From assembly GCA_043803945.1 (NCBI GenBank), contig JAZDJN010000016.1, forward strand, positions 64,001 through 128,000: a DNA stretch of 64,000 bases. Reading direction: 5' to 3'. Below, piece after piece: positions 50,804 through 62,070 of the stretch. Origin of the DNA: a bacterium. Lineage in GTDB: Bacteria > Bacteroidota > Ignavibacteria > UBA10030. How positions within the stretch are numbered: position 1 is the first letter of the stretch; each line of letters starts with the position of its first letter. Both the position numbers and the translations under genes were made by a program. Below the pieces are notes generated by a model that had not been told where the DNA came from, did not search any database, and was given only the letters and a program-made list of their open reading frames with translations.

Positions 50804-52567
50804 ATGAATATCGATCGTTCCCATAACAGAAGCACCAATATTTTGCTGCCATTGTGCCTCTCGATTCTAATTTGTTCCTCTCAGCTTTTCGGACAGACTT
50901 CACTGGATGGGTACTGGGAAGGGGCAATCAAGATTATGAATCAGGAAATAAAGATCCTCGTTCATTTCCAGAGCGAGACGAAAGCCTTGATCGATGTGCC
51001 TCAACAGGGAGCAAAAGACCTGGAGCTAAAAAATGTTGCAAGGAACGGGGATAGTATCCACTTCGAATTACCCTCGGGATTGGGGCAAGCGCGATTTGAT
51101 GGAGTCATAAAAGAAAAATCAATCACCGGTGATTTCTCTCAAGGGGGAGCCACAGGAACATTCTTCCTGAACCGCAGCACTCCTCCAAAACCCGATATTG
51201 CAGTGGAAGCACCAATTCCACTTCGTCCAATCATCGGTACATGGAATGGTGCCGTTCAGCTCGGAGAGATGGATCTCATTATGATTGTTGAATTCAGCTA
51301 TACTTCAAATGGCCTGAAGGCAGCAATCGATCTTCCGCAGCAAGGGGCAAAGAGTTTACCGCTTTCGAAAGTTTCGTTCGAAAATCCTAAAGTACATTTT
51401 GAATTGGTGGCCGGACCCGGGCTCGCAATCTTCGAGGGCGAGTTAAAAGGTGATTCTCTCCTCGGACAATTTTCTCAGAGCGGGATCATCGGCCCATTCA
51501 AACTTGGCAAGGGAGCACTCAAGGAAGCTGCGAAGGAACCACCTCCGCCCTACAAGCAGGAAGAAGTAGTTTTCCATAACGACAGTACTACCCTGGCAGG
51601 AACATTAACCCTGCCAGTAAATCAGGGGAAGCATCCGGCCGTCGTCATGATTACCGGCAGCGGGGCACAAAATCGAGATGAAGAGCTTCTTGGATTTAAG
51701 CCGTTCAAGATTATTGCAGATTATTTTACGCGGCATGGTATCGCTGTTCTCCGTTATGATGACCGCGGCATTGGTGGTTCAAGCGGAAATACCATGGCAT
51801 CCACCACGAGCGATTTCGCAAACGACGCACTCGCGGCTGTGGCGTATCTGCAATCGCGCTCCGATATCAATCCGAAACAGATCGGCATGTGCGGGCACAG
51901 CGAGGGTGGAATTGTCGCACCATTGGCCGCATCCCGCTCAAGCGATGTTTCCTTTATCATCCTGATGTCCGGTACCGGTGTCGATGGCGGGACCATCATT
52001 CTTGCCCAGACTGAGCTCATCATGAAAGCAGAGAAGGCAGGCGAATCCGAAATCAAAGAAAGTCTGGATTTATCCAGACGGATGTTTCAGGCGTTTCGCG
52101 AAGAGAAACCTCTCACGTCGTTCTCCGAAGAGCTCTCCATCCTGACGAGAAAAGGGCTTGACAAGATGAAACCGGAACAGCGCAAAGCAATTACCAAACC
52201 AGAGGAGTACGTTGCACAACAGGTAAAGACGCAATTACTTTCATTCGCTTCTCCCTGGATGAAATACTTTCTCCGATATGATCCGGCACCGGCTCTTGAG
52301 AAAGTGCACTGCCCGGTGCTGATGTTGTTCGGAGAACTCGACCTTCAAGTTCCGACAGAATTGAATAAACCGAAGATGGAGGCCGCCTTAGCACGAGGGG
52401 GTAATACAAAGGTCACAACCAAAGTTTTTCCAAAGGCTAACCATCTCTATTTAGCGGCAACGACAGGCAGCCCATCAGAATATGCAACGATGAAAAAAGA
52501 ATTTGTTCCGGGATTCCTCGAAACAATGAGCACGTGGATCCACCAGCAAGTTTCGTCGCGACAATAA
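50804..52567 (+). CDS. Secreted alpha/beta hydrolase with two N-terminal repeats
   Basis: ITGSGAQNRDEE, LRYDDRG, GHSEGG, GELDLQV, ANHLY. Confidence 0.88.
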   Translation: MNIDRSHNRSTNILLPLCLSILICSSQLFGQTSLDGYWEGAIKIMNQEIKILVHFQSETKALIDVPQQGAKDLELKNVARNGDSIHFELPSGLGQARFDGVIKEKSITGDFSQGGATGTFFLNRSTPPKPDIAVEAPIPLRPIIGTWNGAVQLGEMDLIMIVEFSYTSNGLKAAIDLPQQGAKSLPLSKVSFENPKVHFELVAGPGLAIFEGELKGDSLLGQFSQSGIIGPFKLGKGALKEAAKEPPPPYKQEEVVFHNDSTTLAGTLTLPVNQGKHPAVVMITGSGAQNRDEELLGFKPFKIIADYFTRHGIAVLRYDDRGIGGSSGNTMASTTSDFANDALAAVAYLQSRSDINPKQIGMCGHSEGGIVAPLAASRSSDVSFIILMSGTGVDGGTIILAQTELIMKAEKAGESEIKESLDLSRRMFQAFREEKPLTSFSEELSILTRKGLDKMKPEQRKAITKPEEYVAQQVKTQLLSFASPWMKYFLRYDPAPALEKVHCPVLMLFGELDLQVPTELNKPKMEAALARGGNTKVTTKVFPKANHLYLAATTGSPSEYATMKKEFVPGFLETMSTWIHQQVSSRQ

Positions 52568-52614
52568 CGTTCAATTCCTATTCAACGATTCTTCACTAAC
52601 AAGAAAGACTCTCT

Positions 52615-53469
52615 ATGAAGTACAAACAAGCTGTTGCGATCCTCATCGTCATCATCATCGGATTCTCGATTGTACCCGGTGCCGACCAAAAACTCCGCTA
52701 TCAATACCAGAAAGGTAAATCGTACCAATATATCATTACCTCGGATATGGCATCGGAGAGTGAAGCGATGGGTCAACCGATTAATGTCACAGCAAAGAAT
52801 TATTTGAAGTATACATTGATTGTTGATGACATCAATTCAGCCGGCAATTTCGTCTGCACAGCACGTATCGACAGCTTTGACATGAAAATGGATTCTCCGA
52901 TGATGCCTGGTAACTTGCCGGACCCGAAGGAGTTTGTTGGCAAGCGGGTGTCGGTGACCATAAATAATACAGGAAAAGTGATCGAGGCTGCCGCTCTCGA
53001 CAAATTTTCTCCCCCTGCCGGTGCAATGATGGGCAGAACTCCGGAAGGAATGTTGAAAGAAGCTTACTTTACACCTCCGGAACAGGAGGTCGAAACCAAT
53101 GTTCCCTGGAAGAGCACGAAAACCGACACGATTAATCAACCGATGATGGGATTTCCAATTCTCAGCAACACCGAGAGTGAATATACGATCATCGGAAATG
53201 AAACTGTCGGTAAATACGATTGCCTCAAAATCGCCATCAATTCAAAATCAAAACGAAGTGGTTCCGGAACAACTTCACAAGGGATGGACCTGGGAATCGA
53301 TGCAAAAGGAACGACCACAGGATTTATATATTTTGCTATGAAGGAAGGCATCGTGGTGAAAATGGATACGACAACCGATATGGAAAGTGTGACGTCAGTG
53401 ACCGCGCCGCAGGCATTCACCTCGACAACCATCAGCAAGGTAAAAGCCACGATGGAACTTGCACAGTAG
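52615..53469 (+). CDS. Secreted beta-rich hypothetical protein (DUF6263-like)
   Basis: Signal peptide; LRYQYQKGKSYQY start. Confidence 0.6.
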   Translation: MKYKQAVAILIVIIIGFSIVPGADQKLRYQYQKGKSYQYIITSDMASESEAMGQPINVTAKNYLKYTLIVDDINSAGNFVCTARIDSFDMKMDSPMMPGNLPDPKEFVGKRVSVTINNTGKVIEAAALDKFSPPAGAMMGRTPEGMLKEAYFTPPEQEVETNVPWKSTKTDTINQPMMGFPILSNTESEYTIIGNETVGKYDCLKIAINSKSKRSGSGTTSQGMDLGIDAKGTTTGFIYFAMKEGIVVKMDTTTDMESVTSVTAPQAFTSTTISKVKATMELAQ

Positions 53470-53496
53470 AATCTAGTAACGGAGTGAGTTATCCAA

Positions 53497-53525
53497 AAAA
53501 AACCGGGTGTATCGACCGGTTTTTT
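53497..53525. terminator. Intrinsic terminator, possibly bidirectional
   Basis: aaaaaaccgg-N9-ccggtttttt. Confidence 0.65.
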
Positions 53526-53590
53526 ATTAGGATGAAAACCTACACATCACTCTCCCCTTGACTGGTTCCCACTGAACATCTATCTTAAGA

Positions 53591-54877
53591 TTGGAGATCA
53601 GAATGAATTATCCGGAACCGGCCAGGCACATTGAGAATATCAAAAAAGTGAAAACAACATTAGGGCTCCTTCTCTTCACCTTCCTTCTCCAGTGTATTTC
53701 TTCTTCTATGGTACATCCACAGAGCACGATAACTCCGACGGAGTTGATTATCCGTCGTACTCTTGCTTCCTTGGAAAGCCAGCGCATTCGTTCAACGATT
53801 CAATCTCTCCAGAATTTCCAAACACGCTACCTTCATGCCTCAAATCGAGATTCAGTCGTACAGTGGATTCGGCAGCAATTTCTTTCCATGGGCTACACAA
53901 CTACTTCTGTTGATTCTTTCATCTATACTTCGGGGAGCACCATAAGTTGGCAAAAGAATATCCTTGCCACGCTTCCTGGAACCGAGACGGCAGCCGGCAG
54001 GATCGTCGTCGGTGGCCATTACGACAGTCGGGCAAATCCCGATCCTATGACCTACTCTCCGGGGGCTGATGATAACGCCAGTGGAATTGCGGCCATTCTG
54101 GAAATCGCAAGAGTGTTCAAGGAGAAAAAAATACGGCCGCAGATCCCGATTACCTTCATCGCCTTTGGCGCCGAAGAGGTTGGCTTATACGGAAGTGCGC
54201 ATCATGCACGGACTTCAAAAGAACAGAATGACAGTATACGATTCATGGTGAACCTCGATGTTATTTCCTGGTGTCAGCTACCGCCAAATCAATTCCTGGT
54301 GAAGATCAGTAAGAGCAAATCCATGCAAACGTCCACACTGAGCCAAGAGGCCGTTGATGCGACCCATCGGTTCACCTCTTTGCAAGCCAGCATTTCCGCT
54401 GGGATCAGCTCCGATGAGTTATCTTATCAAGCAGTTCAGATTCCGGCTTTGAGTTTTTATGAGAGTGTCTTCAATCCTTTGATGCACACCAAGAGCGATG
54501 TCCTTGAGAATTGCAATATCGAGTATTGCACTGAAATCGCCCGTGCAACTGCAGCATTCATCCTCAGTTCCGCACCTCCAATGACAGACGATCCTGCACT
54601 TACCGTGAGACCAGATGAGATTCAACTTTACCAGAATTATCCGAATCCATTCAACTCATCAACCACTATTGAGTTCGACATTGCAGCGCCTTCTCATGCC
54701 AGGATAAAAATTTTCAACCTACTGGGAAAAGAAGTTGCCACACTCGTAGACAAAGAAATACCGCAAGGGCGTTATGTCGTATCCTGGAAAGCACAGGATC
54801 AATCAACAGGAGTGTACTACTGTGTCCTCAATTCCGGAGGGGCAACGATGACGAAGAGAATTCTCCTCCTTCGTTAA
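53591..54877 (+). CDS. M28 peptidase with T9SS-type C-terminal domain (start uncertain)
   Basis: GGHYDS, PGADDNASG, AEEVGLYGS, NLD; C-terminal LYQNYPNPFN...IFNLLGKEV. Confidence 0.88.
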   Translation: MEIRMNYPEPARHIENIKKVKTTLGLLLFTFLLQCISSSMVHPQSTITPTELIIRRTLASLESQRIRSTIQSLQNFQTRYLHASNRDSVVQWIRQQFLSMGYTTTSVDSFIYTSGSTISWQKNILATLPGTETAAGRIVVGGHYDSRANPDPMTYSPGADDNASGIAAILEIARVFKEKKIRPQIPITFIAFGAEEVGLYGSAHHARTSKEQNDSIRFMVNLDVISWCQLPPNQFLVKISKSKSMQTSTLSQEAVDATHRFTSLQASISAGISSDELSYQAVQIPALSFYESVFNPLMHTKSDVLENCNIEYCTEIARATAAFILSSAPPMTDDPALTVRPDEIQLYQNYPNPFNSSTTIEFDIAAPSHARIKIFNLLGKEVATLVDKEIPQGRYVVSWKAQDQSTGVYYCVLNSGGATMTKRILLLR

Positions 54878-55058
54878 TCACTCTACCCTTTCCCTCCAAT
54901 TTATAGTAGAAGTTTTCCCAATTCTGGGAGTACCATCATCTCCCTTTCTCTAATATCCAATAGAAAAGCTGGCATAACACTTGATAAATCATCCTTCACC
55001 TTCAAGGATGAGAGGTCTGTTTTCATAACAATACACTACTCCTACCAACGAGTGCAGT

Positions 55059-56441
55059 ATGGATAAAAAGCAAATACAAGCATGCGAACAGATTATTAAG
55101 AAACACAAGATTGAGATGATCGATCTAAAGTGCATCGATCTTATAGGGACACTGCACCATATATCACTCCCTGTCAACCCCGGAATTCTCACACGACTGA
55201 TGAACGAGGGTGTTGGGTTTGATGGATCGAGTTACGGATTTCGGAAAGTGGAGAACAGCGACATGATTCTGGTTCCAGACCTGAACACCGCTGTGATTGA
55301 TCCGTTTCGGATTGAAAAAACGTTGAGCTTCTATACCCATATTCTCGTGACCGACGAGAAACGATCAGCGTTCTCCCAGGACGGCAGAATGATTGCGAAA
55401 CGGGCCGAGCAGATGCTGAAGAAATTAACCGGAGCCGATCATTCGCTTTGGGGGCCTGAATTCGAGTTTTACATTTTCTCAAAAGTGAAGTTCGACACAA
55501 GGACATCTTCATCATACTATCAAGTAGAACAGGTCGAGGAGTTCTTTAAGAATGCGTACCATGCGGCCAACCCGTTTGATGTCTACGATGACTTCCGGGA
55601 TGAGGCATGCAAAGTATTGAAGCAATTTGGCATCAAGGTGAAGTATCACCATCATGAGGTTGGCGAACGCGGGCAGCAGGAAATTGAAACGTACTTCAGC
55701 GATCTTCTGACGACGGCAGATAATATTATTACCGCAAAGTATGCTCTCTTCAACTTAGCCCGTCAAAAAGACCTTCACGTCACCTTTATGCCGAAACCAA
55801 TGTACCAGCAGCCCGGGAACGGGATGCACCTTCATCTCTTCCTGACGAAGAATGGCAAGAACCTCTTCTATGAGAAAGGTGCCTATGGCAATATCGGCAA
55901 GATGGGTCATTCCTTCATCGGCGGATTATTGAAACATGGGCCGGCACTCTCAGCATTTACAAATCCCAGTACGAATTCTTATAAGCGCCTTGTTCCGGGA
56001 TTTGAAGCCCCTGTCGCCTTGACTTATGGAATGGGGAATCGATCCTCCGCGATCCGGATCCCAAAGTATGTGAACAATCCTGACGAGAGCCGCTTTGAAT
56101 ACCGTCCGCCCGATGCGACCGTGAATCCTTACCTCTGTCTCTCGGCTATGCTGCTTGCCGGCATCGATGGAATTGTGAATAAGATTGATCCCGTGCAGGA
56201 AGGTTTTGGCCCGTACGATCAGAATATTTTTGACGATTCCATAAAAGAAAAAATCCGGTTTCTGCCGCGCAATCTCGCTGAAGCTTTGGATGCTCTCGCT
56301 GTCGATCATGAATTTTTAAAACGAGACAATCTCTTTACCGATGATTTACTGGAACAATGGACAAAAGTAAAGCAGCAGGAAATCCGGTCTATTGCTACTA
56401 TGCCGCATCCCTACGAATATAAACTCTATTTCAACCTGTAG
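55059..56441 (+). CDS. glnA: Glutamine synthetase type I
   Basis: FDGSS, GPEFEF, HHHEV..QQEI, TFMPKP...NGMHLH, NSYKRLVPGFEAP, NRSSAIRIP, RFEYR. Confidence 0.95.
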   Translation: MDKKQIQACEQIIKKHKIEMIDLKCIDLIGTLHHISLPVNPGILTRLMNEGVGFDGSSYGFRKVENSDMILVPDLNTAVIDPFRIEKTLSFYTHILVTDEKRSAFSQDGRMIAKRAEQMLKKLTGADHSLWGPEFEFYIFSKVKFDTRTSSSYYQVEQVEEFFKNAYHAANPFDVYDDFRDEACKVLKQFGIKVKYHHHEVGERGQQEIETYFSDLLTTADNIITAKYALFNLARQKDLHVTFMPKPMYQQPGNGMHLHLFLTKNGKNLFYEKGAYGNIGKMGHSFIGGLLKHGPALSAFTNPSTNSYKRLVPGFEAPVALTYGMGNRSSAIRIPKYVNNPDESRFEYRPPDATVNPYLCLSAMLLAGIDGIVNKIDPVQEGFGPYDQNIFDDSIKEKIRFLPRNLAEALDALAVDHEFLKRDNLFTDDLLEQWTKVKQQEIRSIATMPHPYEYKLYFNL

Positions 56442-56726
56442 TGCTGCTACTCAACGAGTGTCCTGCTCACCTGTCGAGCGGCTTCAGAACCAGGACAGTT
56501 GACACTCCACGAGTTCCATCACAGGTGGTCCAAACAGAAATTGAGATGTGCACTGCATCGATTGTTTCTTTTTTTCCACCGGTTGTATGAGTGTCACCAT
56601 CACTATTCGTGTAATCACTGCAATCAGTAGAATCAGTGGAATCAGCGGTCCTTCTTGATTTCATCATCTTCCCTTTCTATTATGCAGTGAAGTCTTTTGT
56701 GATTTGTCAATTATTCTGGATGACCA

Positions 56727-57308
56727 ATGGAACCTGAGAATCTGAAAGATACAATTGCCCGATTAATCTCGGAAGAAATTCTTATCGTCCCCTACGACGA
56801 TCGGTGGCGACTCTTCTTTCAGCAAGAAGCCGAATATCTGAGAAGCACCCTCCCCTCCAATATCATCAAACGCATCGAGCACTTCGGCAGCACGGCAATT
56901 CCCGGACTCCCTTCGAAACCAATAATCGATATCCTGGTTGAGGTCAGCAGCCTCGAAGAAGTCAAACATTCCATTGCACCTCTGCTTGAATCTACCGGGT
57001 ACGAATATCTTTGGCGGCCGGAATTCGATGATATATCCTCCAGGTTCTATGCCTGGTTTATCAAGCGGAACAGTCAAGGGAAACGTACACATCACATCCA
57101 TATGGTCGAAGCTAATTCCACATTATGGGAGCGATTGTTATTCCGGGATTATCTGAGGACCCATCCTGAAGATACAAACCAATACGCGGAATTAAAGCGA
57201 CAACTTGCCTCAGAATTTCAAAACGACCGCATCGGATATACTGCGGCAAAAACTACATTTATTCAGAGCATTATGGATAAGGCCCGGCATCACTATGCGA
57301 AAACCTAA
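56727..57308 (+). CDS. GrpB/UPF0157 family protein
   Basis: IEHFGSTAIPGLPSKPIIDI, THHIH, FRDYLR, YTAAKT. Confidence 0.9.
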   Translation: MEPENLKDTIARLISEEILIVPYDDRWRLFFQQEAEYLRSTLPSNIIKRIEHFGSTAIPGLPSKPIIDILVEVSSLEEVKHSIAPLLESTGYEYLWRPEFDDISSRFYAWFIKRNSQGKRTHHIHMVEANSTLWERLLFRDYLRTHPEDTNQYAELKRQLASEFQNDRIGYTAAKTTFIQSIMDKARHHYAKT

Positions 57309-57599
57309 GCAATGTTTTTCAGGAGAAGCATCCGTTCGTTACTTCAGAAAAGATCCCCCACTCAAAATGAATGCTTTTCATGATTGACTTCTTCTTCGAA
57401 CAATCGTAGTTTTAGACAAATAACTCAAGATGATGCCTGGCACGAATAAAAGATCTTGTCCATTCGAGAGACTTTTAGGACTGATATTCGTTTATTATGG
57501 AGTTCGCAGGTATCACGTATCGAATATTCCTAAGCAGACCGTGGTTTTAACTTACTTGCATCACTTTTGATTTACATCATACATCAATTGATTGAAACT

Positions 57600-58655
57600 A
57601 TGCTAAATACTCGAAAAATTGCATTTTCGCTTTTAATTTCAGGGTGTCTTTATATGCTGCCATCCTGCGGCACGAAAAGTAATGATTCCGCCCAGCCAAG
57701 GTCTGGTTCGCGCCCCTCAATGATGACAGTAAAGGGCGTTGTCATTACGCCACAACCGCTTGATAATCTTGTTATCTCTTCAGGTACTGTCCTTGCATCT
57801 GAATCTGTGGAATTAGCTGCAGAAGCTTCCGGTCGCATTGAGAGCATATTCTTCACAGAGGGTGCACACGTGAAGAAGGATGTTCTCCTTGTGAAGATTA
57901 ATGATGATGATCTGAAGGCACAGTTGAAAAAAACCGAGTTACAGATTCAACTTGCTTCGGATATTGCAGACCGGCAGAAACGACTTTTTGAAACGAACAA
58001 TTCAAGTAAAGAGCAATATGACACAGCGGCAAACCAGTTAGGTACATTAAAGGCTGATCGCGAAAATCTTCTCGCTTCAATCCGAAGACGGGAAATCCGC
58101 GCTCCGTTTGACGGAATCCTCGGCTTGCGGTATGTGAGTGAGGGTGCGTATGTCACACCAACAACGCGCATTGCTTCGCTTCAGAAAATCAATCCGCTCA
58201 AAGTGGATTTTGCGATACCAGAGAAGTATGCGGGGAAAGTGCGTGTCGGCGATCATGTGAAATTCTTGAGCAATGAGACGAATCAACAATTCACTGGAAA
58301 AGTATACGCCATCGAGCCGGAAATCGAATTAACAACGCGCACTGTGCAACTGCGCGCCCTCTGCGATAACAAATCAGAAAAAATATTCCCCGGCGGATAC
58401 GTTCATGTTGAATTGCGCTTGAAGCAGTCTGGCGGCGCACTCATGGTTCCCACCCAGGCTATCATCCCCGTGCTCAAAGGCCAAACGGTTCTCGTGAGAA
58501 AGAATGGAGTAGTCGCGAGCGTACCGGTGAAGACGGGAATCCGTACAGCGTCCGAAGTACAAATTACCGATGGACTGTTTGCAGGCGATACCGTCCTGAC
58601 AACAGGCATTCTGCAATTACGTCCGGGAATGCCCGTAAACGTAACGGTCAGGTAA
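57600..58655 (+). CDS. RND efflux periplasmic adaptor (lipoprotein)
   Basis: Lipobox LPSC; EGAHVKK, IRAPFDG, VDFAIPE, TRTV. Confidence 0.92.
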   Translation: MLNTRKIAFSLLISGCLYMLPSCGTKSNDSAQPRSGSRPSMMTVKGVVITPQPLDNLVISSGTVLASESVELAAEASGRIESIFFTEGAHVKKDVLLVKINDDDLKAQLKKTELQIQLASDIADRQKRLFETNNSSKEQYDTAANQLGTLKADRENLLASIRRREIRAPFDGILGLRYVSEGAYVTPTTRIASLQKINPLKVDFAIPEKYAGKVRVGDHVKFLSNETNQQFTGKVYAIEPEIELTTRTVQLRALCDNKSEKIFPGGYVHVELRLKQSGGALMVPTQAIIPVLKGQTVLVRKNGVVASVPVKTGIRTASEVQITDGLFAGDTVLTTGILQLRPGMPVNVTVR

Positions 58656-58692
58656 TTCAACGTTCATCGGCACAATCTGAGAATATCCCATT

Positions 58693-61600
58693 ATGAGCCT
58701 CGCTTCGACTAGTATTAAACGTCCCGTGCTTGCCATTGTCATGTCGCTGGCAATATTATTGTTCGGCATCATCAGCTTTACGTTTCTTGGTGTTCGAGAG
58801 TATCCTGCAATCGATCCCCCCATCATCAGCGTGCGCACAAGTTATACGGGTGCCAATGCCAGTGTTGTGGAATCTCAGATCACGGAACCGTTGGAGAAAG
58901 CAATCAATGGTATTGCCGGTGTTCGCAACATCTCTTCGAGCAGCAGCCAGGGAAGCAGCAACATTACGGTGGAATTCAATCTCGATTCAGATCTCGAAGC
59001 AGCAGCAAATGACGTCCGGGACAAAGTCTCCGCAGCCGCGCGTTCGCTCCCCCAGGATATTGACAACCCACCGGTTGTTACCAAAGCTGATGCGAATGCC
59101 GATGACATCATTTCCATTACACTGCAGAGTGATACCAAGAACCAGCTTCAAGTGAGTGACTATGCAGAGAATGTGATCGCACAAAATCTGCAGACGATTC
59201 CCGGGGTTAGTTCCACACAGATCCGGGGACAGAAACGGTATGCAATGCGCATGTGGTTAGATCCGAACAAGCTGGCTGCGTACGGTCTCACGCCGCTCGA
59301 TGTCAGAACCGCTCTCTCACGGGAGAATGTGGATCTCCCGTCCGGAAAGCTCTCCGGCAACCAGACTGAGCTGATCGTGAATACGAAAGGCCGGATGCAA
59401 ACGGAACAGGAGTTTAACGACCTTATTCTGAAGACCGATGGAAACCGATCTGTTCGTTTCAGCGACGTAGGGCAGGCAATGCTCGGACCAGAAAATGAAG
59501 AATTCATCTTGAGGCAATCCGGAGTTCCGATGGTATCAGTTGGGATCATTCCGCAGCCGGGAAGCAACTATATTGAAATTGCGAAGGAGTTCTATAAACG
59601 TTTTAATCAGATAAAGAAAGAGCTGCCGGCAGATTACCAAGTTGATATTTCGATCGACAACACACGATTCATCCAGAAATCGGTCAAGGAAGTCCAGGAG
59701 ACCATCCTGATCGCTGTACTGCTTGTCATTCTCATCATCTACATCTTCTTCCGTGATTGGATTATCGCGTTCCGCCCGCTTATCGATATCCCTGTCTCAT
59801 TGATCGGCGCGTTCTTCATTATGTATGTGATGGGATATTCGATCAATATTCTCACGCTCCTTGCCATCGTCCTTGCTACAGGCCTTGTTGTCGATGATGG
59901 CATCGTGGTGACCGAGAATATTTTCAAAAAGGTTGAGCAGGGGATGTCTCCTATGGAAGCGGCTTTTGCCGGTTCGAAAGAAATTTTCTTTGCTGTGATC
60001 TCGACCTCCATTACCCTCGCTGCAGTATTCCTCCCGATCATCTTCCTGCAAGGATTCGTTGGTCGATTGTTTCGTGAGTTCGGAGTCATCATCGCCGGTG
60101 CAGTACTCATTTCAGCATTCGTCTCTCTTTCATTGACACCGATGCTGAATGCCCGCATGATCCGAAAGAAACGTGCTCACACCCGCTTTTATGAGGTGAC
60201 AGAACGATATTTTGAATCGATGAATAAATTCTATGAAAATTTACTTACGCGATTCATGCAGCATCGATGGATTGCAGCGGCAGTCATCACCGCTTCGCTC
60301 TTCCTCATTGTGCTTATCGGAACCACACTCCAATCCGAACTTGCACCGCTCGATGACAGGAGTTACCTAAGGATGTCGGCGACAGCCCCTGAAGGTGCGT
60401 CGTTCGAATACACTGATGCTGTTGTCGACCGACTCGTGGCGATGATTAACGACTCGATTCCGGAGAAGCGCATCTGCTTGAGTTTCATCGGCGGATTTAT
60501 GTCGGTGAATACCGGCAATATCCGAGTGATGCTTTCAGAGCCCTCAGAACGAAAACGCTCACAGCAGGATATTGCAGATTATCTCACGGCAAACACACGC
60601 CGCATCACGGAGGCTCGTGTCTTTGTGACCCAGGAACAGACGATTTCAGCAAGCGGCGGCGGTATGCGCGGCGGTTTTCCTGTTCAGTATGTCATCCAGA
60701 ATCAGAATTTTGAAAAAATCCGCGGTGTTCTTCCAAAATTCATCGATGAAGTAAACCGCAGCAATGTATTCCAGAATTCCGATGTCAACCTAAAATTCAA
60801 CAAACCGCAAATCGACATTTCGATAGACCGCGATCGCGCACGAAGCCTGGGAGTCTCTATCGTCGACATCGCACAGACGCTCCAGCTCGCATTCAGCGGC
60901 CAGCGATTCTCGTATTTCGAGATGAATGGATTTCAATATTCGGTCATCGGTCAAGTGGAACGCGCGAACCGCGACGAGCCGCTCAATCTCCGATCACTCT
61001 ATGTCCGGAACAATCAGGGTAAGCTCATCCAGCTCGATAATCTGGTGATGATGAAAGAAGAGAGTGCACCGCCGCAATTGTATCACTTCAATCGGTTCAA
61101 AGCCGCGACGGTTTCGGCCGGACTTGCGCCCGGTAAAACAATTGGCGATGGTATTGCAGAGATGAATCGTATCACAAAAAATATTCTGGATGATTCATTT
61201 CGAACTGCACTTGCAGGAGCTTCCCGAGACTATTCAGAGAGTTCCTCCAACATCCTTTTTGCCTTTCTTATGGCATTGGTGTTAATTTATTTAGTCCTCG
61301 CTGCTCAATTCGAGAGCTTCATCGATCCATTCACGATCATGTTGACGGTCCCCCTTGCCCTTGCCGGAGCGCTCCTCTCCCTGTGGATCACGGGTAAAAC
61401 CCTGAATATCTTCAGCGAGATTGGCATCATCATGCTCATCGGCCTTGTAACGAAGAACGGAATTCTGATTGTTGAATTTGCCAACCAGCAGAAGGAAAAA
61501 GGAAAGAAGCTGCTTGAAGCAGCACAATATGCGGCGGCTGCACGGTTCCGTCCCATCCTTATGACATCGCTCGCTACGATGCTTGGCGCTTTGCCAATTG

Positions 61601-61740
61601 CGCTGGCACTTGGCGGCAGCGCGAAGAGCCGCGTCTCGATGGGTATTGTCGTTATCGGTGGATTGTTCTTTTCCCTTATTCTCACACTCTTCGTTATTCC
61701 AGCGATGTATACCTTCTTTTCAAAGGAGAGAAAAGAATAA
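58693..61740 (+). CDS. RND efflux permease (AcrB family)
   Basis: IKRPVLA, GLVVDDGIVV.EN, GLVTKNGILIVEF, RFRPILMT. Confidence 0.95.
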   Translation: MSLASTSIKRPVLAIVMSLAILLFGIISFTFLGVREYPAIDPPIISVRTSYTGANASVVESQITEPLEKAINGIAGVRNISSSSSQGSSNITVEFNLDSDLEAAANDVRDKVSAAARSLPQDIDNPPVVTKADANADDIISITLQSDTKNQLQVSDYAENVIAQNLQTIPGVSSTQIRGQKRYAMRMWLDPNKLAAYGLTPLDVRTALSRENVDLPSGKLSGNQTELIVNTKGRMQTEQEFNDLILKTDGNRSVRFSDVGQAMLGPENEEFILRQSGVPMVSVGIIPQPGSNYIEIAKEFYKRFNQIKKELPADYQVDISIDNTRFIQKSVKEVQETILIAVLLVILIIYIFFRDWIIAFRPLIDIPVSLIGAFFIMYVMGYSINILTLLAIVLATGLVVDDGIVVTENIFKKVEQGMSPMEAAFAGSKEIFFAVISTSITLAAVFLPIIFLQGFVGRLFREFGVIIAGAVLISAFVSLSLTPMLNARMIRKKRAHTRFYEVTERYFESMNKFYENLLTRFMQHRWIAAAVITASLFLIVLIGTTLQSELAPLDDRSYLRMSATAPEGASFEYTDAVVDRLVAMINDSIPEKRICLSFIGGFMSVNTGNIRVMLSEPSERKRSQQDIADYLTANTRRITEARVFVTQEQTISASGGGMRGGFPVQYVIQNQNFEKIRGVLPKFIDEVNRSNVFQNSDVNLKFNKPQIDISIDRDRARSLGVSIVDIAQTLQLAFSGQRFSYFEMNGFQYSVIGQVERANRDEPLNLRSLYVRNNQGKLIQLDNLVMMKEESAPPQLYHFNRFKAATVSAGLAPGKTIGDGIAEMNRITKNILDDSFRTALAGASRDYSESSSNILFAFLMALVLIYLVLAAQFESFIDPFTIMLTVPLALAGALLSLWITGKTLNIFSEIGIIMLIGLVTKNGILIVEFANQQKEKGKKLLEAAQYAAAARFRPILMTSLATMLGALPIALALGGSAKSRVSMGIVVIGGLFFSLILTLFVIPAMYTFFSKERKE

Positions 61741-62070
61741 CTATCGCACCCACTAAGAACCCAGAATAGAACACCCGCCTGCCCGCCACCGCGGGCATGC
61801 ATCGGGCAGGCAGATTACACAAGAATAGCACTGATAGCCACAGATAAGGCCTTATAAATAATTCTGTTGACCATTTTTGCTTTCAAGAACCATAGTATCA
61901 GTGACAATCTTGTGTTTTTCTGCGTCCTCAGTGTTCCATCTTTTTCTCACTGAGCAATCGCAAACGACAACAAAAAGATCCTCCAGCTATCTTTTCAAGA
62001 GACAACAAGTTGCCCAAACCCCGGCAGTTTGTTACATTGTGTTTAAGAGTCTCGAGGGATCAGCATTTCT

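Noticed and set aside
50572-50838. 88-aa minus-strand ORF
   Set aside because: No recognisable family; it overlaps the hydrolase start and promoter region.
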